Source: an uncultured Clostridium sp. (GTDB taxonomy: Bacteria > Bacillota > Clostridia > TANB77 > CAG-508). Taken from it: a DNA stretch of 64,000 nucleotides. How positions within the stretch are numbered: the stretch's first letter is position 1; the number at the start of each line of letters is the position of its first letter. The notes beneath the pieces were generated by a model that saw only the letters and a program-made list of their open reading frames with translations, had not been told where the DNA came from and did no database searches. The stretch lies in contig CANEEJ010000003.1 of NCBI GenBank assembly GCA_947426525.1, forward strand, positions 8,241 through 72,240. The letters run 5' to 3'. Positions 11,467 through 22,095 of the stretch are shown one piece after another. The position numbers were made by a program, and so were the translations under genes.

Positions 11467-14400
11467 TTACAGAGCTAAACTCTCTTCTTTCTTTTGTTTA
11501 TCTTCTATTTGCTCTATTTTTTCTTCTGTTTCTTCTATTGGTTCTTCGGTTTTTTCTTCAATTTCTTGTCTATCTGTTACTGTATTTTCTTGCACCTCTG
11601 GTTCTGTTTTTTTGTTTTCCTCTATCGGTTCTACTTTTTTTGTTTGCATTCTAATAGCCTTCTTTTGTATTATAATGTTATTTCCCTCTATTCTCACTTT
11701 GTTTCCATTGGTACAAATTCCTACTTCTCCTTGTTTACTCATCTTAGCAACTTGTGTCTTATTTTTATCAGAAGCTATATTTTTGTTTCCTGTTAATTTT
11801 ACTTCTATATAATATTTCTTACTTGTATCTAGATTTTCAATATTTTTATCAAAGTAATATTCAATTCCTCTTTCATGTCCTACATACATTGTTGTTTCAA
11901 AACTTCCATCCGTTGCTTTTAATTTCATTTGTGGTATTGCACTTGGTGTTCTACATTCATTTCCTACCCATTCTGCTATATAAATATGTCCACTTATGTA
12001 GTTCTCTCCTTTTCCATTTTGGATGATGTTCATTTGATACAACTCTGTATTAATATTTCCATAGTATTTGTTGTCTTTTATTATAATGTTATTTCCCTCT
12101 ATTCTGACTTTGTTTCCATTGGTACAAATTCCTACTTCTCCTTGTTTACTCATCTTAGCAACTTGTGTCTTATTTTTATCAGAAGCTATATTTTTGTTTC
12201 CTGTTAATTTTACTTCTATATAATATTTCTTACTTGTATCTAGATTTTCAATATTTTTATCAAAGTAATATTCAATTCCTCTTTCATGTCCTACATACAT
12301 TGTTGTTTCAAAACTTCCATCCGTTGCTTTTAATTTCATTTGTGGTATTGCACTTGGTGTTCTACATTCATTTCCTACCCATTCTGCTATATAAATATGT
12401 CCACTTATGTAGTTCTCTCCTTTTCCATTTTGGATGATGTTCATTTGATACAACTCTGTATTAACATTTCCATAGTATAAGGTTTTATCAATTATTTTAA
12501 TTTTGTTATTTTGGATTTGTATTTTAAATTGATTTCCTTTTTCCAAGATTTGATTTTTTATTTTTACCTGTTGTGTTTTTTGTTTTGATACATTATTTTC
12601 ATTGCTTAATTCGGCTTCTATATAATATTCTTTGTTAACATTCAAATCATCTATCTTTTTATCAAAGTAATATTTAATAGATCCTTCATATCCAACATAC
12701 ATATTAGTTTCAAAGCTTCCATCTGTTGCTTTTAATTTAATTTTTGGTATCATATTTGGTGTTTTACATTCATTGTTAATATATTCTCCAATATACATAT
12801 ACCCACTAATAAAATGACTGTTTCCACTTTGAATTAGACTGATGCTTTCTAACTCAGTATTAATATTTGCTTCATAATTTAAAATGATTTTATTTTCTCT
12901 TACATTTACGGTAAAGCATTTAAATTTACCAACTTCTTGATTTGCTATCTTTATTTGCTGCTTTTTATTGTTTCCTTTATTCTCTTCTGTTGTTAATTCT
13001 GCTTCTAAATAATATTTTTTCGTTAAGTCTAAATTTTCTATTATTTTATCAAAATAATATTTGCATTGTCCTTCATATCCTACATACATTGTTGTTGCAA
13101 ATTTTCCATCTGTTGATTTCAACCATATTCTTGGCATTGACTTTGGTGTACTTCCATTTTGGTTAATATATTCTACAATATGTACAAATCCCGCTAAGTA
13201 AGTTTCTCCGTTTCCATTTTGAACTAGTTGTATTTTCTCTAATTCTGTATTGATATTTCCAACATATTGTCCAATTGAAAATACAATTTTATTATTAATT
13301 ACTTTTACTGTTCTTCCTTTATAATTTGTCTTAATTGTTTGATTTGGAATATAAATTGTTTGTCTTTTTTTACTTTCTTGCTCTATATTTTTATCTGATG
13401 TCAATCTTGCTTCAATATAATATTCTTTATTCATATCGATATCATCAATTACCTTATCAAAATAATATTTGATACCTTCTTCATATCCTACATACATTGT
13501 TTTATTTACACTTCCATCCGTTGACTTTAAAGTCAATTGTGGTATTCCTCTTGGTGTTCTACAATCATCTCCTACCCACTCTGCAATGTAAACATAGCCA
13601 TTGATATAATTTTTATTATTTTGATAACTTACATCAATGTTAATTAATTCTGTATTAATGGTTCCTCTATATTCCTCTGTTGGTCTTAATGCTGGTTGTG
13701 ATGGCATCTTTTCATATAATGGAATGGTAAATTCAAAAGAGCTATTTAAAATTCCATTATCTTTGTATGCCTTATACATTGTCATTCCTTCATTATTAGC
13801 TGCCATTACATTTTGCATATATTGATGTCCATATAGTGCATTCTTGTTTACTACATTGAATTTTTGGAAATATAAAGTAGTTTGTCCCACATTAATGTAT
13901 TTTTCTTTGATGAACTTAGTTCCTCCAATAATAGATTTCTCTGGTGTTGTCCATCCATTTTCATAGGCTGTCTTAGCTCCTGCTAAATAACCTTGTGGTC
14001 CATTTCCACTTACATTTATATTGTATAAGTTATATACTTTTACCCTTTCTCCACTCTCTGTTGTATAAATATAGCCATTCATAATTCCATTGCCACTTGC
14101 TCCTTGTTCTTGTTTTAGCCTAGAAACAATGTGAAATGGACTTACAGAATGTGTTTTAGCCGCTTGCATAATAGCATCTATGTAAGATTCTTGATTTAGA
14201 AAAGTATTTTTGGTCATTACTTTTATAGCATTTCTATCCCCTACTGATGAAGATAAATCTTGAAATTGAAATACATAATCCTCTGTTAGGCTATTTCTTG
14301 GATCCATCATATAGGCAATTGCTTCTTTGGAAGCACAACGCCATTCCCCACTCACATCATAAGGTTTATGTGGTCCGCAGATGGAACAAATCCATGAATA

Positions 14401-14691
14401 AGGATAGGTTTGTGGCACTAAATTACTAGGACTTCCTCCATGTCCTGTATATTCTCCCTTTATCACTTCATCCCATGTTAAGCCTGTATATAATACATTA
14501 AATTTCCAATTAGGATTTCGAGCTTGCATAGCTTTAATTGCATCCTTTACGCCAGGATAAGCTCCCTCGTTTATTCCATTTATATTAGAGCTAATATTTG
14601 CTGCTTCTACCTTGGTTGCAATCATTCCTATTGCAATCATTATCACAAACACAACTATACTCAATAAAATTCTTTTTCTCATTTGTTTCAC
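11467..14691 (-). CDS. Secreted GH73-type N-acetylglucosaminidase carrying ~6 copies of a ~135-aa repeat module
   Basis: Signal peptide, then a glucosaminidase region (FHIVSRLKQEQGASGNG), then repeats of the type NINTEL..IQNGKGENYISG.IYIAEWVG.ECRTPS..P..KLKATDGS.ET.MYVG.E.GI.YYFDK. Confidence 0.8.
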   Translation of the reverse strand: MKQMRKRILLSIVVFVIMIAIGMIATKVEAANISSNINGINEGAYPGVKDAIKAMQARNPNWKFNVLYTGLTWDEVIKGEYTGHGGSPSNLVPQTYPYSWICSICGPHKPYDVSGEWRCASKEAIAYMMDPRNSLTEDYVFQFQDLSSSVGDRNAIKVMTKNTFLNQESYIDAIMQAAKTHSVSPFHIVSRLKQEQGASGNGIMNGYIYTTESGERVKVYNLYNINVSGNGPQGYLAGAKTAYENGWTTPEKSIIGGTKFIKEKYINVGQTTLYFQKFNVVNKNALYGHQYMQNVMAANNEGMTMYKAYKDNGILNSSFEFTIPLYEKMPSQPALRPTEEYRGTINTELINIDVSYQNNKNYINGYVYIAEWVGDDCRTPRGIPQLTLKSTDGSVNKTMYVGYEEGIKYYFDKVIDDIDMNKEYYIEARLTSDKNIEQESKKRQTIYIPNQTIKTNYKGRTVKVINNKIVFSIGQYVGNINTELEKIQLVQNGNGETYLAGFVHIVEYINQNGSTPKSMPRIWLKSTDGKFATTMYVGYEGQCKYYFDKIIENLDLTKKYYLEAELTTEENKGNNKKQQIKIANQEVGKFKCFTVNVRENKIILNYEANINTELESISLIQSGNSHFISGYMYIGEYINNECKTPNMIPKIKLKATDGSFETNMYVGYEGSIKYYFDKKIDDLNVNKEYYIEAELSNENNVSKQKTQQVKIKNQILEKGNQFKIQIQNNKIKIIDKTLYYGNVNTELYQMNIIQNGKGENYISGHIYIAEWVGNECRTPSAIPQMKLKATDGSFETTMYVGHERGIEYYFDKNIENLDTSKKYYIEVKLTGNKNIASDKNKTQVAKMSKQGEVGICTNGNKVRIEGNNIIIKDNKYYGNINTELYQMNIIQNGKGENYISGHIYIAEWVGNECRTPSAIPQMKLKATDGSFETTMYVGHERGIEYYFDKNIENLDTSKKYYIEVKLTGNKNIASDKNKTQVAKMSKQGEVGICTNGNKVRIEGNNIIIQKKAIRMQTKKVEPIEENKKTEPEVQENTVTDRQEIEEKTEEPIEETEEKIEQIEDKQKKEESLAL
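11669..12490. repeat. Near-perfect tandem duplication, 2 x 411 bp (137 codons), inside the glucosaminidase gene
   Basis: Shadow ORFs 11754..12026 and 12165..12437 translate identically. Copy offset is 411 bp, and I saw about 2 mismatches across ~400 bp. Confidence 0.9.
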
Positions 14692-14794
14692 CTCTCCATG
14701 TAAGTATATAATAAAATAAAGCTTTTTTCAACATTTTTCGACCTTTTCCATCTAGGAAATTTTTTACAAAAAAAGAGAGAATTTCTTCTCTCTT

Positions 14795-17641
14795 CTATGC
14801 ATCCTCTTGGCTTGCTTCTTCTATCTGTTTTTTGGGCTCTTTTATGGTTGTTTCTTCTTGTCCTTCTAATGATTTTTCTTCTTTTTCTTGTTTTGTTTGG
14901 ATTGGTTGTTGTGTTTTTTGTATTACGATATGGTTGTTTGCTATTAATACTCTATTTCCATTCGTACAAATTCCAACTGATTGGTTCTTTATTCCTACAA
15001 TTTGTGTTTTATCTTCTAATTTAGATAGATTTTTTGGACTTGTTAATTCTACTTCTATGTAGTATTGTTTATTGCTATCTAATCCATCTATCATTTTATC
15101 AAAATAGTATTTAATCGAACCTTCATATCCGACATACATGTCAGTTTCATAACTTCCATCAGTTGCCTTTAATTTTATTTTTGGTAGTGTACTTGGCGTT
15201 CTACATTCTCTTCCTACCCATTCTGCTATATACATATATCCACTAATATAATTTTGTCCCTTACTATTTTGAATAACTTTCATATTAATAAATTCTGTAT
15301 TTGCCTTACCATAATATAAGCTTAAATCTTTTATTGTTATATTACTATTTTTCATTTGTATTTCAATTGCATTTGCTTTTCGAATTGTTTTATTTGGTAA
15401 TCTAACTTGTTGTGTTTTATATTCTGATACATTTTTAGAATTTGTTAATTCCGCTTCGATATAATATTGTTTATTTTTATCTAAGCTTTCTACATTTTTA
15501 TCAAAATAATATTTAATGGAACCTTCATATCCCACATACATGTTAGTTTCATAGCTTCCATCGGTTGCCTTTAATTTTATTTTTGGTAATGTACTTGGTG
15601 TTCTACATTCTTTTCCTACCCATTCTGCTATATATATGTATCCGCTAATATAATTTTGTCCCTTACTGTTTTGAATGATATTCATATCAATAAATTCTGT
15701 ATTGATAACTCCTTCATATAAGCTTAAATCTTTTATCGTAATATTATCATTTTCTATTTTGACTTGTATTTGGTTTGTTCCTTGCATCGTTTTATCAGGT
15801 AATTTAACCTTTTGGATTTTATGATTAGATGAATTTTTAGCATTAACTATTTCCACTTCTATCTCATATTTCTTTTTATTATCTAATCCATCTATCATTT
15901 TATCAAAATAGTATTCTGTACCATTTTCTTCGCTGCTGTATATTGTTGTTTCATAACTTCCATCGGTTGCTTTTAATCGGATAATTGGTTTTGTACTTGG
16001 TTTTCTTTCATATTTTCTATCTACCCATTCTACGATGTTCATTCTTCCGCTAATATAATTTTGTCCTTTTCCATTTTGAATAATTTGAATGTTGTTTAAT
16101 TTTGTCTTAGTTTCTGCTTCAAACCTAAATCCAATTTGGCTTTCTTTTGCTTCTACTGTAATGCCACTAAATCTTCCTATTTCCTTATTTTCAATTATGA
16201 CTTTTTCCACTTTGTTTGTTGAAATATTTTCTTCTGTCATAAGTTTTGCCTCTAAGTAATAATCTTTTGATAAATCGATGTATTCTATCATTTTATCAAA
16301 ATAATATTCTGTATTTTCTTCATATCCTAAATACATTTTCGTAGAAAATTTACCATCTGTAGATTTTAACCATATCTCTGGCATTGATTTTGGTGTTTTG
16401 ATAACTCCGTTTCTTACTTCTCCTATGTTTACAAATCCTGAAATGTAATTTTCTCCTTTTGCATTTTGTATTAATTTTATTTCCTTTAAGCTTGTTTGTA
16501 TATCACCTTTATATTCTCCTTCTGAAAATATAATTTTGTTATTAATTACTTTTAATGTTCTTTCTTTGTAATTTTGTTTTATCGTTTGATTTGGAATGCG
16601 AATGATTTGTTTCTTCTTACTAGCTGAAGCAACATTATTCTTTCCTACTAATTGAGCTTCTATGTAATATTCCTTATCCATATCTAATCCATCAATTGTT
16701 TTATCAAAATAGTATTTGATACCACCTTCGTATCCTACATACATTTCTTTTGCTACTTTTCCATCTGTTGACCTTAAGGTTAATTTAGGGGTTTCACTTG
16801 GCGTTCTACATTCATTTCCTACCCATTCTGCTATATAAACATACCCATTTATATAATTGGTTCCCTTATTTGTTTTTGTAAAATCAATATTGATTAGTTC
16901 TGTATTAATATTTCCTTCATATTCTCTTCTAAATAATTCTTTATTCGCAATAATAGCATTTGCATCTGCTTGTGCCATTTTAGTTAGCATAGCATCATTT
17001 AAATAATGTTCTCTGTCATATGGATTATTAATAAAAGCGTGTTCAATTAATACGCCTGGAATTCCATAATGCATTGGGCAACTAATAATACCATAATAGT
17101 CTGCAATGGTTCCATCTTCATACACATCATAATCTGCTCCCTTCCTTGTTTTTGGTGTATAGGAATAAGATGGAACTCCCACTCGATTTAAATTTTTTAA
17201 TATATTAACACCTAATATATTAGAATATTCATAATATCTTTTCTTGGTTTTGTTATGCGTTATATATACTTCTGCTCCTGATAATCTATTCGAAGATTCA
17301 TTGGAGTTAATGTGAAAACTAACTAATAAATCTGCATTATTATCTTTTGCTCGGTCAGCTCTTTCTTGTCTTCCTAAAGTTTCATCCTCTCGTTTGGTTA
17401 ATATTCCTGTTATTCCTGGTGTTCTATCTAATATTTCTTTTACTCTAGTGGCAATTTTCCAAGTTAGGTCTTTTTCTATCAGTCCTCCACCAGCTGCTCC
17501 TGTCTCTGTTCCACCATGACCAGGATCCAACATAACAACAATGTCATTAACAGCCTTTACTTTACTTGGTATTAACGTAATGCTTACTAATGCTGTCATA
17601 GTTAATACCATTTTTAATAATCTTTTGTTCATGAAACTCAT
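14795..17641 (-). CDS. Secreted N-acetylmuramoyl-L-alanine amidase (Amidase_3) with 6 copies of the same ~135-aa repeat module
   Basis: Signal peptide, then MLDPGHGG...LLVSFHINS...AEVYI, then repeats homologous to those of 11467..14691. Confidence 0.85.
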   Translation of the reverse strand: MSFMNKRLLKMVLTMTALVSITLIPSKVKAVNDIVVMLDPGHGGTETGAAGGGLIEKDLTWKIATRVKEILDRTPGITGILTKREDETLGRQERADRAKDNNADLLVSFHINSNESSNRLSGAEVYITHNKTKKRYYEYSNILGVNILKNLNRVGVPSYSYTPKTRKGADYDVYEDGTIADYYGIISCPMHYGIPGVLIEHAFINNPYDREHYLNDAMLTKMAQADANAIIANKELFRREYEGNINTELINIDFTKTNKGTNYINGYVYIAEWVGNECRTPSETPKLTLRSTDGKVAKEMYVGYEGGIKYYFDKTIDGLDMDKEYYIEAQLVGKNNVASASKKKQIIRIPNQTIKQNYKERTLKVINNKIIFSEGEYKGDIQTSLKEIKLIQNAKGENYISGFVNIGEVRNGVIKTPKSMPEIWLKSTDGKFSTKMYLGYEENTEYYFDKMIEYIDLSKDYYLEAKLMTEENISTNKVEKVIIENKEIGRFSGITVEAKESQIGFRFEAETKTKLNNIQIIQNGKGQNYISGRMNIVEWVDRKYERKPSTKPIIRLKATDGSYETTIYSSEENGTEYYFDKMIDGLDNKKKYEIEVEIVNAKNSSNHKIQKVKLPDKTMQGTNQIQVKIENDNITIKDLSLYEGVINTEFIDMNIIQNSKGQNYISGYIYIAEWVGKECRTPSTLPKIKLKATDGSYETNMYVGYEGSIKYYFDKNVESLDKNKQYYIEAELTNSKNVSEYKTQQVRLPNKTIRKANAIEIQMKNSNITIKDLSLYYGKANTEFINMKVIQNSKGQNYISGYMYIAEWVGRECRTPSTLPKIKLKATDGSYETDMYVGYEGSIKYYFDKMIDGLDSNKQYYIEVELTSPKNLSKLEDKTQIVGIKNQSVGICTNGNRVLIANNHIVIQKTQQPIQTKQEKEEKSLEGQEETTIKEPKKQIEEASQEDA

Positions 17642-17731
17642 CCCTTTCTTCCAAAAATATTATAGCATTTTTTCATAGAAAAAGGCAATAAATTTTTCTG
17701 GAACTTATTGCCTAATTAGCTACATAATATT

Positions 17732-18616
17732 TTAAATTTTAAAATTTTTCTTACTCATTAAAATTCCTGGTACGAAAAGTAACCAATAAAGTACTTTATT
17801 GCCAACATTTTTTATTGACTTGCTTTTATATTGTTTCGTTAAATAACTAAATAATATATAATGTTTGACAACATATAACCTTTTGGAAAATTTTACTCCC
17901 TTAAAATCTTTCGCTAATATCTCTTTAAAATACTCATAATAGCCATAAGGATTTTCTTTGAATTGTTTCGCAATGTTTTGTGTATAACCATCTTCTTTAT
18001 ATTCACATATCATAATTGGTTCGTTAATACAAATCATTTGATAGGCCTCATCCATTTTGTGGTACATTCTTGCTTCTGTTACAAATCTTTCGTTGTTTTC
18101 TAATTTATGACAATATTGTTTTCGTATTTCTCGATAAAACGCAATCGCTTTTTCTCCTGTTTCCCCCTCTTTAAAATATAAATCAAACATGGTTGTTTTT
18201 TCTTTTTTAAATTGTTCTCCCATATTTTGATTGTGTTGGTCATATTTTAAGAAACATAAGCCATAAATATCTTTCTCCTGTTTGTATTTGTTATATTCTT
18301 TTTGTATGATTTCAAAAGCCTCTTTTGTAAAATAATCATCTGAATCACAATCAATAATTAGGTCTCCTGTTGCTTTTTCTACTAACTTATTAATCGCTAC
18401 CATTTTTCCTTGGTTTTCTTGTTGCTCATATTTTATTTCTATTTTACCTTCTTTTATAAAGCCTTCTACTACTTTTTCTGTATAATCGGTTGAGCCATCA
18501 TCCATAATAAGCCATTCTATTTTTCCTCCATACTTACTATTTTCTATTAGACTTTGATATAAGTTATTTAATAATGTAGCACGATTATAAGTTGGGGTTA
18601 ATATACTTATTTTCAT
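17732..18616 (-). CDS. GT2 glycosyltransferase
   Basis: Motifs ILTPTYNR, MDDGSTD and CDSDD. Confidence 0.8.
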   Translation of the reverse strand: MKISILTPTYNRATLLNNLYQSLIENSKYGGKIEWLIMDDGSTDYTEKVVEGFIKEGKIEIKYEQQENQGKMVAINKLVEKATGDLIIDCDSDDYFTKEAFEIIQKEYNKYKQEKDIYGLCFLKYDQHNQNMGEQFKKEKTTMFDLYFKEGETGEKAIAFYREIRKQYCHKLENNERFVTEARMYHKMDEAYQMICINEPIMICEYKEDGYTQNIAKQFKENPYGYYEYFKEILAKDFKGVKFSKRLYVVKHYILFSYLTKQYKSKSIKNVGNKVLYWLLFVPGILMSKKNFKI

Positions 18617-18617
18617 C

Positions 18618-19728
18618 TTATTCTCCTATCACTTGTTTTACTTGTTCTATTATTGTATCATTGTTGTATTCAAGTTTTTTTGTCTCTTTTTTCTTTTTTA
18701 TATTTTGATTGCTAATTAATTCTTTTACTCCTTCATAAATTCCTTTTTCTGAATTTTTTACTATTTTACTATTTGAATATCCTTTTACTGCTTCTCTAGC
18801 TGCTGTATCTGTTATGATAATCGGTTTATTTAAAATCTTTGCTTCTTCTAAAACCATACCATATCCTTCAAACTCAGAAAATAACCCAAAATAGTCTGCT
18901 TGTTTTACATAAGGATAAGGATTTTCTTTTTTTCCTAATAACGTAAATGTATCTTCTACTCGATATTCTTTTATTTGTTTCTCTAATTTTTCTTTTTCTG
19001 GACCATCGCCCACTACATAAATATGATGTTTTAATCCTTCTTGTAGCAATTGACTATGAACCTTTAGCAGACGATCTATCGCTTTTTGTGGTACAAGTCT
19101 TGCAACCGTAACTATGTTAATTTCGTCTTTCGCATATATACTTTGCTTTATTTCTTCTGCTTTTTGTAAAATACTTTCCTTTTCTAGATAATTATAGATA
19201 ACCTTTTTTTCATTTTGAATGTTTGGATAGGTTTCTTGAAAATTTTTCAAATTTTCCTTACTAACAAATACTAAAGTCTTATATTTTGAATAAACTTTTT
19301 TATCTACGATTTTCTTTATTTTAGCTTTAATTCCTTTTCCAAACACAAGAGAAATATCGTTATGAATCCATACTACTTTTTTTGTCTTTTCATTTTTAAC
19401 CATAAACAACCTTGTAATAGGTCCTTCTAAAAAGGCTATCTCAACATCATAATCTTTTTTGATTTTATTATGATAAATACTTCTTTTTAAGAATAACACT
19501 TTTAAAGACATCCCAAATTTCTGTATCTTAGATAATTCAGTATAAGTTTTATCACATAAACTTTTTAATTTTATTTTTGGAGATAATTGACTTTCTAGTT
19601 CACCTTTTGCATAAATGGTAAAGATGGTAATATCATATTGTTCACATAGTCTATTAGCGAGGTCTACCAATACTCTTTCTGCTCCTCCGAAGTGTTAAAC
19701 TGGTTATTCCAAATAGAATTTTTTTCAT
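18618..19728 (-). CDS. GT4 glycosyltransferase; the N-terminus is restored by a +1 shift at in-frame CGG (19689..19687)
   Basis: ATG at 19728 gives MKKILFGITSLTL, then CTT CGG AGG. Skipping the C gives GGAERVLVDLANRL, which joins ORF 18618..19670 and forms the classic GT4 N-terminal GGAERV motif. The joined product is 369 aa. Confidence 0.85.
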
Positions 19729-21138
19729 TTAGGTTCCTTCTTTCTTTTTTAGGAATGTTATTTTATTAACTAGTAATGTATTTAAAACAATAATCATCAT
19801 CATATTAGAAGAATTAAAAAAGGTATATCCTGCAAAAAAGGATAAAGCAAACGTAAATCCAGTGCCTAACCAATACATCATATATTCTGCATCTATTTTA
19901 TTTCTATTTTTTATCATAAAATAGGCACCATATATAAAAAGTGCTACAAATGGCATGAAATACAAAATAAATCCTACTACGCCAAAGTCTAATAAAAAGG
20001 CTGGTATTTCCATTTCTAATATTAATTCTCTAAAATTTAATACATGTCCATTTCCTAACAAAATATAAATTGGATTATGCTGATTTTTTATTAAAACTAC
20101 ATTGTAAATTAGTTGTTGCATACGTTGGTCATTATTTTTAATTTTCCATTGATTTGCTACATGATACAAATCTACAATTGATTGTTTTTGTGCTTCCCCC
20201 ATATATCCGTCTTCTAATGTATTATCATCTATTTTCTCTTTTATTTCTAAAATGCTTCCTGTTACATGTGCCTCTTGTTGCTGATTAGTATCTACAATGT
20301 CTTTTTCAATTTCTTGTAAATGCTTTCTTCTTTGTAATGTAGTAGACCCAACTGTAACCACAACAACACCAACAGCCACTATTGCTAGTAGTCCTCCTAT
20401 CACTACTTTTTTATTAATTTTTCCCTTTTGCTTTAAGGTAATCACAACTTCTACTATTATATATAATAAAATTACTAAAATAAATCCTAATAAACCAACT
20501 CTTGTTCCTAATAGGGTAGTCAAAAAGATACCCTCTAATAAAATGATAGGAATTGCAATTCTTCTATATTTTTTGTCTTTGCAATATTTGATAATTATAA
20601 ACAAAGATAAAATTAGAATAGAACCCAAGCTGTTTCCAGATTCGAACCATCCTTTATATCCCATTCCTTCAATATAAGTACTAGAAGATGTTTTAGTTAA
20701 AATTGCTACAAAAATAGATACGATATAAATACTATTAGCAATTAATACACTTTTTGATAATTTTTCTATCCCTTCTTCGTCTTTAAATACCATAAGATAT
20801 AAAACCAGGTTTAATATCATATAAGAATAATTTATTAAATATTGTGCTTCATGTGTTACCCCACTATAACTACTTCCTGTTATTAGGCTTTTAACTATTA
20901 CCAAATGTAGTATTGCATAAATAAAGTATACTGTCCCTATGGCAATGGTATATAATTTAAATTTTCTATCTTTCTTAAAAAACAAATAAACAATCATAAT
21001 CGTAGGTATAATTGGTCTTAAGAAAGTAGAGGGTGATAGATTGGTATGAAAAGCATTGCGAAATAAAAAACTCATCATATCCAATATAGGACATAGTATA
21101 ATAAAGATACCTAATACATTTTTTTCTATTTTTTTCAT
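19729..21138 (-). CDS. Polytopic membrane protein, O-antigen polymerase/ligase (Wzy-like) family
   Basis: 469 aa with ~10 TM helices and a large loop, located in a glycan locus. Confidence 0.6.
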   Translation of the reverse strand: MKKIEKNVLGIFIILCPILDMMSFLFRNAFHTNLSPSTFLRPIIPTIMIVYLFFKKDRKFKLYTIAIGTVYFIYAILHLVIVKSLITGSSYSGVTHEAQYLINYSYMILNLVLYLMVFKDEEGIEKLSKSVLIANSIYIVSIFVAILTKTSSSTYIEGMGYKGWFESGNSLGSILILSLFIIIKYCKDKKYRRIAIPIILLEGIFLTTLLGTRVGLLGFILVILLYIIVEVVITLKQKGKINKKVVIGGLLAIVAVGVVVVTVGSTTLQRRKHLQEIEKDIVDTNQQQEAHVTGSILEIKEKIDDNTLEDGYMGEAQKQSIVDLYHVANQWKIKNNDQRMQQLIYNVVLIKNQHNPIYILLGNGHVLNFRELILEMEIPAFLLDFGVVGFILYFMPFVALFIYGAYFMIKNRNKIDAEYMMYWLGTGFTFALSFFAGYTFFNSSNMMMIIVLNTLLVNKITFLKKKEGT

Positions 21139-22091
21139 TTCATTCTCCTAAATAACTGTGCATAAATGGGATAAGTCCATTTATTAATTGTTTTCATATA
21201 CAAATTTTTTCTGTTTCTTTGTTGTAATATCTTATTCTTCTTCCAATTTGGAAAGTTTTGATTTACTTTGTTCCAGGTCTCTTTTAACAATCTTTTTCTT
21301 ATCTTATTATCTTTAATTTTTACCATTCTTAAAAAAGAACTGCAAAAAGCATATCTGGTATATAGGTATTCTAATTCTGTCTGATATGTTTCATAAATCT
21401 CTTTTTCTTGGTAGTGTTTTATGACATGCTCTAACACTTCAAAAATTTCTTTGGTTCTTTCATTTTGCGAATTTGAAATAGACCCTTCTCTTTGAATGTA
21501 ATGAACACATGGCTCTTTTAAGAAAGATACTTTTTCTAAATACGGAATTAGTTTATAAGTAAATTCTACATCTTCATAACGATATCCTTTGGGGAATGTT
21601 ATTTTCTCTTTTTCTAAAATTTCTCTTTTGATTAATTTGTTCCAAGCCACTACTCTTACCTTTTGAAGCATTTCTTTCTTCCCTTGGTATATCTCCCCTA
21701 TGTCTTCTTTTTGCTTATCTGGATATTCCCAATAAAAATCGCATTCCACCATGTCGCTATTTTCTTTTTTGGCTAGTTCATACATTTTTTGATACATATC
21801 TTTTTCTACATAATCGTCAGAATCCAAAAAAGCGATGTATTCTCCTTTGGCATATGGTATTCCATAATTTCTAGCATCGGATAATCCACCGTTTTCTTTC
21901 TCTAAATATACAATTTTATCCGAAAATTGTTCTAGCATTTTTTGTACAATCTCTTTTGACTGATCTGTTGATCCGTCATTTACGACAATGATTTCTATTT
22001 CTTTTAAAGTTTGATTAACTAATGTTTTTAAGCACCTTTCTACATATAACTCTACATTGTAAACTGGTACAATTACACTTACTTTTGGCAT
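21135..22091 (-). CDS. GT2 glycosyltransferase (318 aa)
   Basis: Motifs VIVPVYNVE, VNDGSTD and LDSDDY. Confidence 0.85.
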   Translation of the reverse strand: MPKVSVIVPVYNVELYVERCLKTLVNQTLKEIEIIVVNDGSTDQSKEIVQKMLEQFSDKIVYLEKENGGLSDARNYGIPYAKGEYIAFLDSDDYVEKDMYQKMYELAKKENSDMVECDFYWEYPDKQKEDIGEIYQGKKEMLQKVRVVAWNKLIKREILEKEKITFPKGYRYEDVEFTYKLIPYLEKVSFLKEPCVHYIQREGSISNSQNERTKEIFEVLEHVIKHYQEKEIYETYQTELEYLYTRYAFCSSFLRMVKIKDNKIRKRLLKETWNKVNQNFPNWKKNKILQQRNRKNLYMKTINKWTYPIYAQLFRRMK

Positions 22092-22095
22092 ATTT

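Noticed and set aside
11669-12490. CRISPR array or mobile repeat in the 411-bp duplication
   Set aside because: The repeats are long, directly adjacent, in-frame and coding (137 aa each) inside a hydrolase gene. There is no short repeat/spacer periodicity.
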